From: Ginglymostoma cirratum
Lineage: Eukaryota
Length of the DNA: 64,000 nucleotides
Assembly (NCBI GenBank): GCA_024137785.1
Contig: JAHRHZ010000282.1
Location: forward strand, 1-64,000
Direction of reading: 5' to 3'
Part shown: piece by piece, positions 50,110 through 63,628 of the stretch
Layout: every line of letters starts with the position of its first letter
Numbering within the stretch: position 1 is the stretch's first letter
Translations under genes and position numbers: made by a program
The notes under the pieces: generated by a model
Database searches by the model: none
Told to the model about the DNA's origin: nothing
The model's input: only the letters and a program-made list of their open reading frames with translations

Positions 50110-51330
50110 TATTGTTCAGTGAGACGTTACCACTGACTGAGTGGAAGAGGCTTTACCAATGTAAGTCACAAGAGATTGCTTGTTATAACAACTGAGAATA
50201 AGTGAGCTCTGGATCCACCGTATTTTTCCTGTTGTCTGGATCAGGTTTGGTGATGCTGTCACTTTTAAAAGGTTATTATATTGCTGGCATTTTTCACGAC
50301 ATGTTGTAAAGGCAGAGATACCGAAATCTACACTGGATCCTCCCTGATTCACTAAATTAATAGGCGTTTGGGTTTTTTTCTGAAAAAGATGGAACAATGG
50401 AAGGTGAGTTACCAGTTCGCCCAGATCAGAGTTTTTCGGTTTATTTTAGCTGTAGCTGTTAAAGCTGTTAGGAAACAGAAGGTCTGCAAGCTTCAGTAAA
50501 TATTTCTTAACCATAACTTTGTCTGAAATCTCTCTTCATGTTGTTACCTTCTGGAGTTGGAAACTGCACGTAATATTTGTGTATGAATTTACCTTTTTGC
50601 CAAGTGTTGTGTTTACGTGAAATTGCTAGTTTGGAGCAGTTAATTACGAATAGGTACTGTTTCTAGCTTTCCAGTACTGAAGTTATTCTAAATTCCTTTT
50701 TATTTTGTTAGTATTTTAAATATAGTGTTTAAATAAATTGTGTTTTTCTTAACATAGAGTGCTTTGACCACTTGCCTCACGTCTGGAACACTCAGTTCAC
50801 ATCGAAATTTAAAAGAAGAAAAGGTTAGGGTTCAGTGTTCTTAAAATGTTTTGAGAGGGGCTGGTCTGCTGCGTAACAAACTGGGGGCTCGTGCGATATC
50901 TCATTCTATAATTTCAATTTGTGTTTAGGGTTGTTGACTCCAAGGCAGCGAAGAGTGTGTGTTAGAGAGAGGGAGATAACAAGGTGTAGAGCTGGATGAA
51001 CACAGCATGTCAAGCAGCTTCGGAGGAGCAGGAGGGCTGATGTTTTGGGCCTAGACCCTTCTTCAGAAATGGAGTAGTATGTGTTCGTGTTTTTTTTTCG
51101 GGTGCTGAATTCGGGTGTTTCGAACAGGGAATGCTTTGTGTAGTAGTGGCTCTTTCAGTCACTCAGAGCGTTTTGGGGGTGGAAGAAATGACTTTAGGAG
51201 TATTACGAAATGTGAGCAAGGCAAAGCTGTTGGAATTGGCAGACAAGCTGGAGTTTGAGTTGTCTTTATCTATGAGAAAAGGGGAGGCGTTTTCAACAAC
51301 AGCTCATCATTTAAATTTGCTGGAAATGCA
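50110..51330 (+). mobile_element. Gypsy-type LTR retrotransposon remnant (LTR end ~50878, tRNA-Pro-like PBS, gag N-terminus)
   Basis: ..TAACA, then TGGGGGCTCGTGCG at 50882 (compare Pro PBS TGGGGGCTCGTCCGGGAT), then VSKAKLLELADKLEFELSLSMRKGE. LTR start uncertain. Confidence 0.6.
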
Positions 51331-51660
51331 CACAGTTGATTGGCCGTTCACATGCTGTGAGCGTGGGAAAGTATTTCCCCAGTCGTCTACTCTGCCCACT
51401 TGACAGCGGATTCACAGTGGAGAAAGGCTGTGCATTTGTTCTAAGCGTGGGAAGAGATTTACTCAATTGTTCAACTTGCAAACACAGCAGCGAGTTTCAA
51501 CCGGGGAGAGTCCAATCACCTACTCCGAGTGTAGGAAGCAGTTCAGTCAATCATCCAACCTGCTGCCACAGCAACGCATTCATAGTGGGGGGAGACTGTT
51601 CAGCTGCTGTCAGTGTGGGATACATATCACTCAGTTGTCCAGCCTGTAGAGACGCCAGGG
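51330..51660 (+). pseudogene. Degenerate C2H2 zinc-finger array fragment (about 4 fingers)
   Basis: PFTCCERGKVFPQSSTL..QRIHSGER; SECRKQFSQSSNLLPQQRIHSGGRLFSCCQCG. Confidence 0.8.
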
Positions 51661-53469
51661 AGTTAGCAAATGATTACAAGAGTACGTTATGCTGTTATTG
51701 CCGCTGCTAATCACATCCAGAAATGAGCCACATTCATTCTGATAGTGAGTAACGTGGGAGGGTTAGAGGGTTTCGTTCTGCTGGACTGGCCACTCTCTCC
51801 ACTTTGCTGTTCGTGGCCTGATTTGTCCAATTTCGTCCGAATCTCTGAAAGATATGAAGGTTCAGAAGATAAAAAAAAATTAGTTTGCATTTCATTTTCT
51901 CCAACAGTTGGCATGGGACCGGTCTCACTGTTTTGTTTAAATCATGTGGATACTTCTCACAGAATGTAATTGTAGATTTGTAAAGTTTGCAGCTTATTCA
52001 CTGTCGCCGAGGGGAAAGGAAGCTGGAAGGCTTTCTAAGCTTGGAACTGGAGGAGGAACTCTCCAGTGACCCTCTCAATTAAAGGCAGATAGTCTTGTGG
52101 CAGAAAGCTGCCATACCTGGGACAAATGAATGAGGTGCGGAAGGGTCAACGAAACACTTTGAAACTACTTTACTGCGTGAAAAGTTCATGCTTGATCTGA
52201 TTGACAGGAACATGGAGTGGAGTTTGCAAGAATTTGGTGTAGAAGATGGAACTGTTTAATGGATTTGTTATGTTTTCAATGTCATAGATTCGAACATTTA
52301 AAGGAAAATTGCTGGAGATGAAGAAAGAGAAAGATTTGAAAAAAATCACGAGGGGCGAAATTTATACACATGGTGGTTCGGATGTGGAATGAATCTCCTT
52401 TGGACATGTTGGATGTGGATAATATTACGTTTAAATGACACTTAGATAAGTACATGAATCGAAAAAGTTTGGAAGGATATAGGCCAGGAGCAGGCAGGGG
52501 TGACTAGTTTCATTTCGGACTATGTTCAGCATGGACTGGTTGGACCAAGGGCCTGTTTGTGAGCTGTATTACTAGAAGTAGCTCAGAAACTGAAACAGAC
52601 ATTGCTGGAATAGCTCAGCCAGTCCGGCAGCATTTGTGGTGAGAAGTCAACTAACGTTTTGGTTCAAGTGACCGTTCCTCAGAACCTGCTCAGCTTTTCC
52701 AGCAATTTCTGGTTTTGTTTCCTGATTTACAACATCCGCAGTTCTTTTGATTTTTATTGTATAAGCAAGTCAGTTTTCGTAAAAGTGTTTAGTGTTTTTG
52801 CACACGAATGTTCTCCCATAGAGAGAAACTGCGAGGAACCAATCCCTTCGAATTAATTTTCCATGTGTGAAAATAGATGTGAGACATTGTGAGGAATTTA
52901 TATTTTCAGGGAAGTGACTCCAATTTATGCAAGAAATCCAAAAGGATTTTTAGCCTGAGTTGATGTCTCAGCTACAACCTTGCGTGTAAAACGTTTGTAC
53001 CTTTCTCCAAATAAGTTCATTCTATTAACACAATGTATTGTTTAAAAAAAATGCTTGTCAAAGTTACTAGTCAGACCATAGCTGGAAAACTGCAAACAGT
53101 GTTGGGCAGCATATAAATGGAAAGTTATATTGGCATTGGAGGCTGTTTCCAAAGAACAATGAACAATGCAGCACGGGAACAGGCCTGTTCGCCTTTCAGT
53201 TGTGCACCACCACATTTTGCCCATTCATACTAAAACTGTCTTCACTTACAGAATCCATATCCCTCTATTCCCTTCCTATTCACGTAGTTGCCCAGGTGCT
53301 TCTTGAATGCTGCTATTGTGTCTGCTTCCACCATTTACTCTGGCAGCGAATTCTGGGAACTCACCTCCCTTTGTGTGAAAAACATGCCTTGCAGATCTGT
53401 TTTAAACTTCCACCCTCACACCTCGAAACTGTGTTCTCTTGTAATTGACACCTCCATCCTGAGAGAAAA

Positions 53470-56400
53470 CCTCATTCATTCCACTCTATGCACCCCATTT
53501 ACAATCTTACAAACTTCTGCCAGGCCGCCCCTCAACATCCTGCACACCAGTGAAAACAAACCCAGTCTATCCAATGATTCTTCATAGTTAAAAATACCTA
53601 TGCCCTGTACCCTCTCCAAAGCATCCACATCCTCTGTTAGTGTGAAGACAAGAATGTAGACAATATTCCAAATGTGGCCTAAAGTTCTATAAAGCTGCAG
53701 CATTTCTTGTCTATCCTCATACTCTGCCCCTTCCAATGTGGGCAAGCATGCCACAAAACTTTTTTTTACTATCTTGTCTACCTTCGCTGTCGCCTTCAAT
53801 GATCTGTGGACCTGCACACCCAGATCCCTGTGTATATCAATACTCCTAAGGGTTCTTGCATTCACTGTATAATTTACACCTGCATTTGATCTTCCAAAAT
53901 ACACCACCTCACATTTGTCCAGAATAAATTCTGCCTTTTTACTGCCCAAACCTCCATAAGATCTAGATCCTGCTGTATCCTCTGACAATCCTCCTCACTA
54001 ACCACAACTAGATCAATCTTTGTATGGTCCATAAACTTACTAATTAGACCAGCCATGTTTTCCTCCAAATTATTTTTGAAGACCACGAACATTAGATGTC
54101 TCCGAACTGATCCATGTGGAACACCCCTAGTCACAGCCCTCCATTTGGAAAAATGTCCTTCCACCGCTCCCCTACGTCTGCTAAGACTAAGCCAGTTCTG
54201 CATCCATCTTGCCAGCTCACCCCGATATCATGTGACTTCACCTTTTGGACTAGCCTGCTATGAGAGACCTTGTCAAATGCTTTACTGAAGTCCATGTGGA
54301 GAACATCAAACAATTTTGCCTCATTAATCATCTTCGTCAACTCCTCAGAAATGTTGATCAACTTATTGAGGTATGAACCCCTGCACAAAACCGTGCTATC
54401 TGTCACTGATAAGTCCATGTGTTTCTACGTGCGTATATATCTTTTGCATGAACATCTTTTCCAGTAATTTCCCTGCCACTGACCAAAGGCTTACAGGCTT
54501 GTAATTTTTTGGATTAACCCTAGTACCATCTTAAACAATGGAACAACATTGGCTATTCTCCAGTCATCTGAGACCTCACCAGTTGCCAAAGAGGATACAA
54601 AGATGTCTGTCAATGCTCCAACAATTTGTTCATTTGCCTCTGTCAATTTTATGTGATAGATCCTCTTAGGAACCGGGGACGTACCTACCGTAATACTTTT
54701 TCAGGCACACATCATGCCTTCCTTTCTAATAGCACCTCGGATTAGAAGCTCGACACTCTATTCCCTGAGATCTTCCTCCACCAATTCCTTCACTTTGTTG
54801 AATACCGACACAGAATAGTGACTTATAACTTCACCACCTGTTTTGGCTCGCTCCTTCGTCCTTGAGTGAGGCAACTCTTTCCATGGATACCCTCCTTCTT
54901 TTTAAATATGCATTAAAAAAACCTTGGAATTCTCCTTAATACTAGTTACTAACTACTTTTCATGACACCTTTTAGCCATTCTAATTACTTGTTTAAGTTC
55001 TTTCTTATATTCTATATACTTCATGGCATTGTTAGTTGCCATCCTTCAGGACCTTAAGCATGCTTTATTTTTCTTTTTGGCCGAGGTCATAACATCCCCG
55101 GTCATCCAAAGTTCACGTGACTTGCCATACCTACCCTTCATTCTTGCAGGAATGTGCCGCTCCTGAACTCTTATCAACTGCCATTTGAAATACTCCCAAA
55201 TGTTTGATGTGGATTTAGCATCAAGCAGCCGCATCCAATCAAAATTCTCCAGTTCCTGCCTAATATTGTTATAGTTTACTTTCCTCCAGTTGAACACCTT
55301 TACACGAGGACTGCTGTGACCTCACATTCATTAATATCTTAAAACTTATAGTATGATGATCAGTCCTCCCAAAATGCTCGCTTAGCAGGGCTCATTTCCC
55401 AAAACCAGATTCAAAATAGGCCCTACTCTTGTTGGACTGTTTATATACTGTGTCAAGAAACCTTGCTGAATGGTCCTTACAAATTCTCCCTGTCCAACCT
55501 CCGAACACATAGTGAGTCCCAGTCAACATAGGGGAAACTAAAATCACTCACCACAACAACCTGCGGATTTTACATCTTTCAAAAATCTGTCCACATATTC
55601 TCTCCTCTATCTCCCGCTGGAGTTGGGAAGCCCAGCATTGTGATTTCATCTTGCGCATTCCTGAGTTCTACCCATATTGCCTTGCTGCACGAATCCTCTG
55701 ATGTGTCCACCCTCGGTACAGCTGTGAGATCCTCCTTTCCAAGTAATGCAACTCTCCCACCCTTGTTACTTCTCTTTCTTTCACAGCAAACCAATCTAAA
55801 TCATGGGGCATTCTTTGAATACTGTCGCTCTTTCAGCCAAGTCTCCGTAACCAAAATAATTTCACGTGAACCGAAGTTCTAAGTTCATCTACTTTGCCTG
55901 TTATTCTTGCATCGAAACACATGGATTTCAGACCACCTCCCCTGCCCTTTTCAGCAGTGTTTGACTGTCTGTTCTTGTTCGTAGTCACTTTTGCCTTGGT
56001 TTCTCCCTCTCCCTCAATTTCTGCATCGACTTCCCAACTCCTTTGGTTCCCATTCCTCTGCGATGCTACCAAGTATGCCTCTGGGCCCCCTTTCGCAGTA
56101 ATCAGCCCTGGTCATGCCCAGGTGTAACCCGTCAGTAACCCACCTCCCGCACATATCGTCCCAATGCCCCATGAATTTGAAACCCTCTCCTTCACACCAT
56201 TTTTTTCAGCCACATGTTCGTCCTATTTCTCCTGCTGTTTCTAATCTGACCAGCTCGTGGGACTGGTCGTAATCCTGAGATAACGACCTTTGAGGCACTA
56301 CATTTCAATCTTCCTCCTAGTTCTCTATATTTGCTTTTTATGATCTTGTTCCTTTCTTTTTTAACTTTGTCGTTAGTACGTATCATGACCATGTATCATG

Positions 56401-56480
56401 ATCACTGGCTGTTCGGCCTCCTCCAACAGATTGTCCTTGATCTGCTTTAAGGCAACCAGTTCCCTAGGATCTGGGAGGCA
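53470..56480 (-). mobile_element. Degenerate CR1 LINE
   Basis: HMDFSKAFDKVSH; GVPHGSV..SKFMDHTK; RDLGVQVHRSLK; NWRKVNYNNIRQEL; GGRVALL..IWVELRN. Confidence 0.88.
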
Positions 56481-59400
56481 ACGCAGCCTCATCTTTATAT
56501 TCCCCTTACAATTGAATCCCCTACAACTCTTGCATCTCTATGCCTATTTCTCCCTCCCTCTGCAGGAGAGCCAAACATGGTGCCATGAATTTGCCTGCCC
56601 CAAAATCGTTTCCTCTCATGTCTGCCTTAAACGATGGCTCCTTAATTTTAATCTCTGCCCCTTAGTTTTAGCTCTGCTCCATTGTAAAGTAGCCCAATAG
56701 AAAATGCCCAAGAGGAGCCCCAGGAGATAAGAAAGGCCTTCTGAAAAATCCATCCCGTGTGCAACAGCGTCGAACCGCCAGCAGGTGGTGGCATTGTATA
56801 ATTTTAATCAGAATAGAGCAACAGGGAGCGACGCTTTGGCGCTGATTCATTCAGCCTCCACCCACATGTCTCCCATTGCACGCAGACATAAACCCACAAT
56901 GAAATACACATATAAAAAAGGTAACTACGCACAGACAGAAATGCATATGCAGGCAGAAATGCACATGGAGATAGACACACCGAGATGCACATTTGCAAAC
57001 ACATGTAGATAGATGCACACACAGATAGAAACACAAAGACACACACATACAAGCACTCTTGTACAAAATGCACACACACACAAGCACAAACGTTAATCTT
57101 GGCAAGTATATGAGTGTGACTAGATCAGACTGGGATGTCTTAAGGGCACGGTTGGGTTTGAACCAAGGGCCTGTTTCCACATGTATGCCTCTATGAGTCA
57201 GCAAATAGTGAGACAAATGCAATCTTAGCATTCATTTTGAGAGAGTTAGCATGCAAGAGCAGAAGTGTATTCCTATGGATTTATAAGGCTTTTCTAAACA
57301 GCAATTGGAATGTTGTGAACATTTTTGAGCCCCATATCTACGGAAGGACGTGTTGGCCTTGGAGGGGGGGTCACAGGAGATTTACAAAAATGATCCCACT
57401 GATGAAGGACTTGTCATGTAGGAGGTGTTTGAGGACTGTGGGTCTGGATCAATGGAGTTTAGAAGGAGGAGGGGAGATCTGGCCAAAACTTACTGAATAC
57501 TGAGAGGCCTGAATAGTGTGACGTGGAGAAAATGTTTCCACTACTAGGAGAGACTGGGACCAGTCGGCACAGCCTCAGACTGAAGGTACAACCCTTGAAA
57601 ACTGAGGTGAGGAGGAATTTCTTTAGCCAGAGCTTGGTGAACCTGTGGAGCTCGTTACTGCACAAGGCCGTGTAGGCCAAATAATCGAGTGAACTTAAGA
57701 TAAAGTTCGGCTCCTGGCTAGTAAGGAGATGAAGGGTTACAGGAAGAATTTAGAAGAATGGTGTTGAGTAACACATTAGCCATGGTCAAATTGCCGAACA
57801 GGCTCAAAGGGACATATAGCCTGATCAAATAGCCTGATTCTGTTCCTCGCCTCCTGCTCCCTTTCAGTTACACACCATCCATGCCTCAATTTCTGCACCA
57901 ATCCTGCCAGATACCACATAATCACAAGTATAAAAAAGTTCTGCCTGTGTGTCTTTGCGTGTGTGTGTGCGCATGTATGCATGTGTGCATTTGTGTGCAT
58001 GTGTGCGTGTGAGTGAGAGAGAGAAAGAGAGAGAGAGAGGCAGAGAAAGAGAATGATTTCAGACAGATCCCAGCTGAATGATTTACTGAAATGAACTGTC
58101 AATAAAGCTCTTCCTGTGGAAATGCTGTACATAACTGAAATAAGTATTCACAGTTTTTATTTCAATATTATACTTTATTTAGAAAAAGAACTCTGTATAT
58201 ATACATTTCCACAAGAGCATTTCAGTTCTGTGCATTTGCGTACCAAGTACATAAACAAAACATTCGACTTTGAGTCTGTCGAAAAAACCAGACAGCTCTT
58301 ACACACACAATATTAACACTTACACATATTTGACGCACTAGGAGTGTTTGATAACTGAACATACCCCCACTTAACTGCAGCAGAAAGACCTCATATAGTG
58401 GTCTTTCTCTATTGCACCTTGGCAGCAGCTGCCCCAAGATTTAATGCTTCCTACAGCATGTAGTCCCAGACCTTGGAAAGTGCCGTCTGCAGCACTTGGT
58501 CGAGGTCAACTCTTTGCATTGGAAGACCAAGAAGTTTCAGGCAGACCATAGAGAGCCTTTCACCGAGTTGATGGTCTTCCAGGCCCGGTTGAAGTTTTCC
58601 TTGTTGTGCCTCCCTGGGGAAAAGACCACGCAGCTCAGATTCCCGAGTCACAGAGCTGCTCGGAAGAAACCGCGATTAAAAAAAAAAACACTGCATCTTC
58701 CTCCAGACTTCCTTTGCACATCTACATTTCAGAAGGAGATATGTGGCAGTCTCAAACTCTACGCAGCCACTTGAAGTGCAGCGTAAGGTGACACAGACTG
58801 ACTGGGTGCGCAGAAAGCATCTCGTCAGTCGGGCCCTTCTTAACAACAGCGAAACGATATTCTGCTGGGCTTGTGATCAAAGGTGTTCTTCTTTGCAAAT
58901 TTCCCAGCACACTTTGGTTGGACAGAAATAAATATTCACATCGAATCTGTCTGATGATCCACACCGTTTCAAAGTGCAAATGGATATTTTAAGACAAAAT
59001 GTTGGGATATTTCTCTCGTTGCACTGAGAGTGATCAGTGTGGAGTAAGGCTTTGGATACAATGCGGCAGAAAAGTAGTCTCAAGTTGTTGAATGATTCAA
59101 TTGAATTTAAAATGCAGAATCGAGGCGCGTTATACCGGGAAGCAGGATATATCAGCTTTTATTGAGCAGCATGCGATGAACTCGAATTTGTCTGCGAATT
59201 TGAACGTCGCAATTACTTGCACACACCACTAGATGGTGGTGTGCATCTGAATTAATATTGAAGATGAGAGCTGAAGGAAGAATGACCTTGCAGACAGTGT
59301 GAGAAACGACCACTGTGGGAGGTTTGTTACAAAAACAAACGCCAAGCCTCAGCTTCTTCTGCAACTTCAATGAGACAGCTGCTCTGAGTTAGATGTGAAG

Positions 59401-59507
59401 CGAGGCATTCTCCAAACTGTTTACTCTTATGGATATAATATTAATCATCTGTTCCTCAACAGAGCTCTGTAGACAACTGCTTTTGCCTCTGTTCCTGCAA
59501 TCCAATA

Positions 59508-59842
59508 ATGTTCCGAATTTGCAGAATCCTCCTGCTGTTTCACACTCTGATATCCACGGAGGTGACTGGAGAAGGCGAAGTGACGCAACTTCTCCCAACG
59601 AATGTTGTTAGTAAATTGGGAATTACGATAATGAGTTGCTCCATTGACACGACATTTAACACCGTGTATTGGTACAGACAGCAACCGAATATGCCACTGC
59701 AACATCTGGTGATGGCCAAAAGAGAATCTGATCAGCCTGAGAGGATCACTGCTTCAATCAGTGGAGATTACAAACTCAGTATCCTGACTGTGAAAGACGC
59801 CAGACTTAATGACACTGCCACCTATCTCTGTGCCAATGATAG
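59508..59842 (+). CDS. Single-exon leader+V TCR V segment, copy B (intact ORF)
   Basis: MFRICRILLLFHTLISTEVTG-EGEVTQ..IMSCSIDTTFNTVYWYRQQPNMPLQHLV..ERITASISGDYKLSILTVKDARLNDTATYLCAND. Both Cys and the Trp present; no intron. Confidence 0.85.
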
Positions 59843-59881
59843 CATAGTGTCACAAACAGAGGAAGAGTCCATACTAAAACC
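59843..59881 (+). promoter_or_regulatory. Non-canonical 23-RSS
   Basis: CATAGTG - 23 bp - ACTAAAACC. Confidence 0.8.
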
Positions 59882-62642
59882 GACAGAGTCAGAGTTCCGC
59901 TGGGCTGATTTTGATATATCTGTTTACTAATTCTGTGCTCCAATAAACCAAGATAAGCGAAACGAGAGTAAAATACAACAGAAAGTATGGAGCAGCAAAA
60001 GTTAAAGATTGTCAGACGTGAAGACAATTGGCTATGCGGATGGAGGTGAAGGAAGCGTATTTTGCAGGCCATGAACATTGATGGAGGAAACGGAAAGGAC
60101 GGACAGCAATAATACCTGCAGAGGATAGAATGGTGTGAAACGGCTGAGGAAGAAATGGAAAAAAGTGAAAAAATAATCGAACGTGATGCAAAGAGTTTAA
60201 AGATCAAGTTAAATCACAACTGAAGGAAACATGAAGGAAATATGCTGGCCTTTCCTTTAACATGGCGCTACTTCACTGAATACTCCACTATCAACATCCT
60301 ATAGGTTTAATTGATCAGAAACTAATCTGGACTCACCACATAAACACAATAGCTACAAGATCAGGCCAGAAGCGAGGAATCCTGCGGCGAGAAACATTTC
60401 TCTTGAATCCCCAAAACCTCCCTACCATCTACAATGCATATGTCAAGAGTATAATGGAATACTCCCCACTTGTCTGAATGGGAGCAGCCCAGCAACACTC
60501 CAAAACCATTACCCCATCCAAGACAAAGCAGCCTGCTTGATTGGCACAACATCCACAAGCATCTGCTGCCTCCACCACCGATGCTCAGTGTGTACTATCG
60601 ACAATATGTACTCTGCTGAAATTCACCAGACAGCGACTTCAAAACCCACAACAACTTCAACCTGGAAGAACGAGGGGCAACAGATATATGGGAATACCAC
60701 AATATTTAAGTTCCCCATCAAGCCACTTACCATCTTGACTTGGAAATATATTGCTGCTCTTTCATTGTTGCTCGGTCAAAATCCGAGAATTTCCTCCCTC
60801 AGTGCATTGCGGGTCAAACCACAACAGGTGGATTGCACCTGTTCAAGAATGCAAATCACCACTACCTTCTCAAGGGAAACTAGGAACGGGTATAAATGCT
60901 TGTCTGGCTGCCAAGCTGAAATCCCACAAATGAATACGTAAAAAAAGAACAATAGTAACACGATCTAATCATCAAATCCCTACAGTGTGGAAGAAGGGCA
61001 TTGGGCCCATCGAGTCCATACCAAGCCTTTGAAGAACATTCCACCAATCCCTGTACCCCTGAAACTCCTCTGGCTAAAACGCTTAACCTGTCGACCGTGG
61101 GAGGGAACCAAAGCACTCGCAGGAAATCCAAGCAGGCAAAGGGAGATTGTGCAAACTCCCAAAAACTGTCGCCTGAGACTGGTAGCGAAACTCGATCTCT
61201 GCTTCTGTGTGGCAGGAGGGCTAAACACTTAGTCACTGTGTCTTCATCTAAAGAAAGCTTCCAGAAAATTCATCATTTGGTATTGCCCCACTCATAAATT
61301 GTTAACTTCCTGGCACCACAAACTTCCGAGAAGTCCTGCTAGTGTACGATATATTCACATTCTCTGAAACAGTATATAACTTTGTCTTCTTGTACACTCT
61401 TTGAGTCATCCTCACCACTTTTCTTCAGATTTGTTCTTGTGACATCTGTAAACCGGGCAGTGGTACCTTCACTTCAATCAGAATTTGGATTGTGCTTTGA
61501 CGTGTATCTCTGCTGTTTCACCACCAGTTTCGCATTCAGATGGAGACTTTAACACAATGTGTTTTTTTAAAAGATCCGTTATTCTTGTCTAGGCGTGACT
61601 GGCCACGCGAGCCTCCATCTCTAATTGCCTGTGACAATATGGCAATGAGGCATCGATTTGAACCACTGTGGTGCATCTGATACAGATACTGAAGTTACAT
61701 TTACAATGACAATAAGTAAATTTAATCAAATCTGGTAACAAAGAATCTTATCAGTAAATGCAGCAAAAGCACCATCAGATTCTACTGCTTCGTTCAATAG
61801 AAATTTGCTTGTTTCTTTATATATTTGGTTATTTTTCTCATTATTGAATCCAATATCTCAGACCGTCTGGTCTTCTGCATCAGTTGCAGAGAGTTATCAA
61901 AGTCCGAGAGCACCTTTTAAGTGGGGAAACACAGTTCTGATACTCGAACAAATGAACTAATTCCCTTCTCTGGTTTTGCTTACAGAAATATTAACTGTTA
62001 CGGGATTACATTCAATTTGATCTCTGTGCCAAACGCTGTTTATAAATGAACAAATTTATTTTGTTCCTGAAATAACTGCACAGCGGCCGATATCCCGTCA
62101 CCAAGTGATCCTTCATTTACATATGCAGACTACACTGGCTGAGGCCAGCCAGCTTGGAGTCAGTCCCCTGAAATTAGAAAATTCAGAGCCTCCTGTTTAT
62201 ACCAATTGCCCAGGGCTCCCTGACTAGCCCAAGTTAATAAGCCCAACCATCGATCTCATAGTCAATGATATCCACCTGTCTCCAAACGCTACGGTTCTTT
62301 CAGCAAAAATAAGAAAGAACTGCGGATGCTCGAAATCTGAAACAAAAGCAGGAATAGCTGGAGAAACTCAGCAAGTCTTGCAGCAACTGTGAAGCGAAAA
62401 CTGAGTTAACTTTACAGGTCCCATAAACCTTCTTCAGAACTTTGGTCCTTTCTCACAACAGCCATGATATGTAGGGGATTGAAAATAGCAATTACTGCAG
62501 ATGCTGAAGTCAGACACAACAGTGTGGAGTTAATGGAACTTCTCTGATGCTGCCTGACCTGTCGTGTTCCTCCAGATCGACACTGTGTTGACAAAGTAGT
62601 TTGAAACTACTTGGTTCAATCGAAGAACAAAGGATCTTGAAG

Positions 62643-62688
62643 CTCATTGGCTGTCATCTGATGTGTTTGTCAACAATGAACCAATGAG
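62643..62688 (+). promoter_or_regulatory. Putative V promoter: inverted CCAAT pair flanking an E-box
   Basis: CTCATTGG..CATCTG..CCAATGAG, 100 bp upstream of the ATG at 62788. Confidence 0.55.
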
Positions 62689-62787
62689 TAGAGATCCGGA
62701 AATTACTCAACCTGTTTCCAACACTTGTTGAAACTCATGTTATCTTCGGCCAGTTCTGCTCACTTTCATCGTGATCTCTCTGCAAAC

Positions 62788-63589
62788 ATGTCACCTGGAG
62801 CTCTATGTTTACTTCTCACAGTATCAGCTCTCCTAATCGGTAGGTTGAAAAGTTATTTATTTCCATGCTTCAACTCTTTGCCGTGAATTACATTTATTCA
62901 AGCAGTTCGCGCAACCTGGAGGCAGCAATACATCCTCCCCAGACAAAAACTAACTTGATATGAACATGTCCCAACAATGATCAGAGTTTGGGAGAAATTA
63001 GCAAATGTACTTGAGTGGACAGTGGAAGAGTTAGGCTGGACATTCAGACAGGACTGAGGCCAAAGAGATTATTCAACCGAGGGGAGAATTTTAAATCCAC
63101 CAACAGTTTACAGCTTTCCCTTTAAGTTTCAGGAAATGAAATTGGAAAGGACCTCCTCATAATGGATTGTAGTTCAACTTCCTCGATTTATTTCTCATGT
63201 TAGTGATGAAAGTTAGTGGACTGATTCTGAGCGATAGAATGTTGAAGTGTGTTATTCAATTTTCTGAAACTCTCCGCTCTTACAGGTCTTTGTCGTGGAG
63301 ATTCTGTCTCACAAACAGCGGCTGCAATTGCAGTGAATGAGGCTGACGATGTCCTGTTGTCCTGTAATTACAATACAACAAACAGCAACCCTTCCCTGTT
63401 CTGGTACCGTCAACATTCCAGGGGGTCCATGCATTTTCTACTGTATAAAAACCGATATAGTGAGAAACAAGCGAGTTTTCTAAATGACCGGCTTTCCTTG
63501 GATTTTGATCATGTGAAACGCACTATCCAGGTGAGAGTGTTAAAAGCAGAACTATCAGACTCCGCAGTGTATTTCTGCGCACTGAACCC
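62788..63589 (+). CDS. Intact TCR V-alpha/delta segment (leader 62788-62839, V exon 63286-63589)
   Basis: MSPGALCLLLTVSALLIG|LCRGDSVSQTAAAIAVNEADDVLLSCNYNTTNSNPSLFWYRQH..ELSDSAVYFCALN; GT-AG phase-1 intron. Confidence 0.92.
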
Positions 63590-63628
63590 CACAGACACTC
63601 AGAACTGAGCTGACCCTGTACAAAAACT
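63590..63628 (+). promoter_or_regulatory. 23-RSS
   Basis: CACAGAC - 23 bp - ACAAAAACT. Confidence 0.9.
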
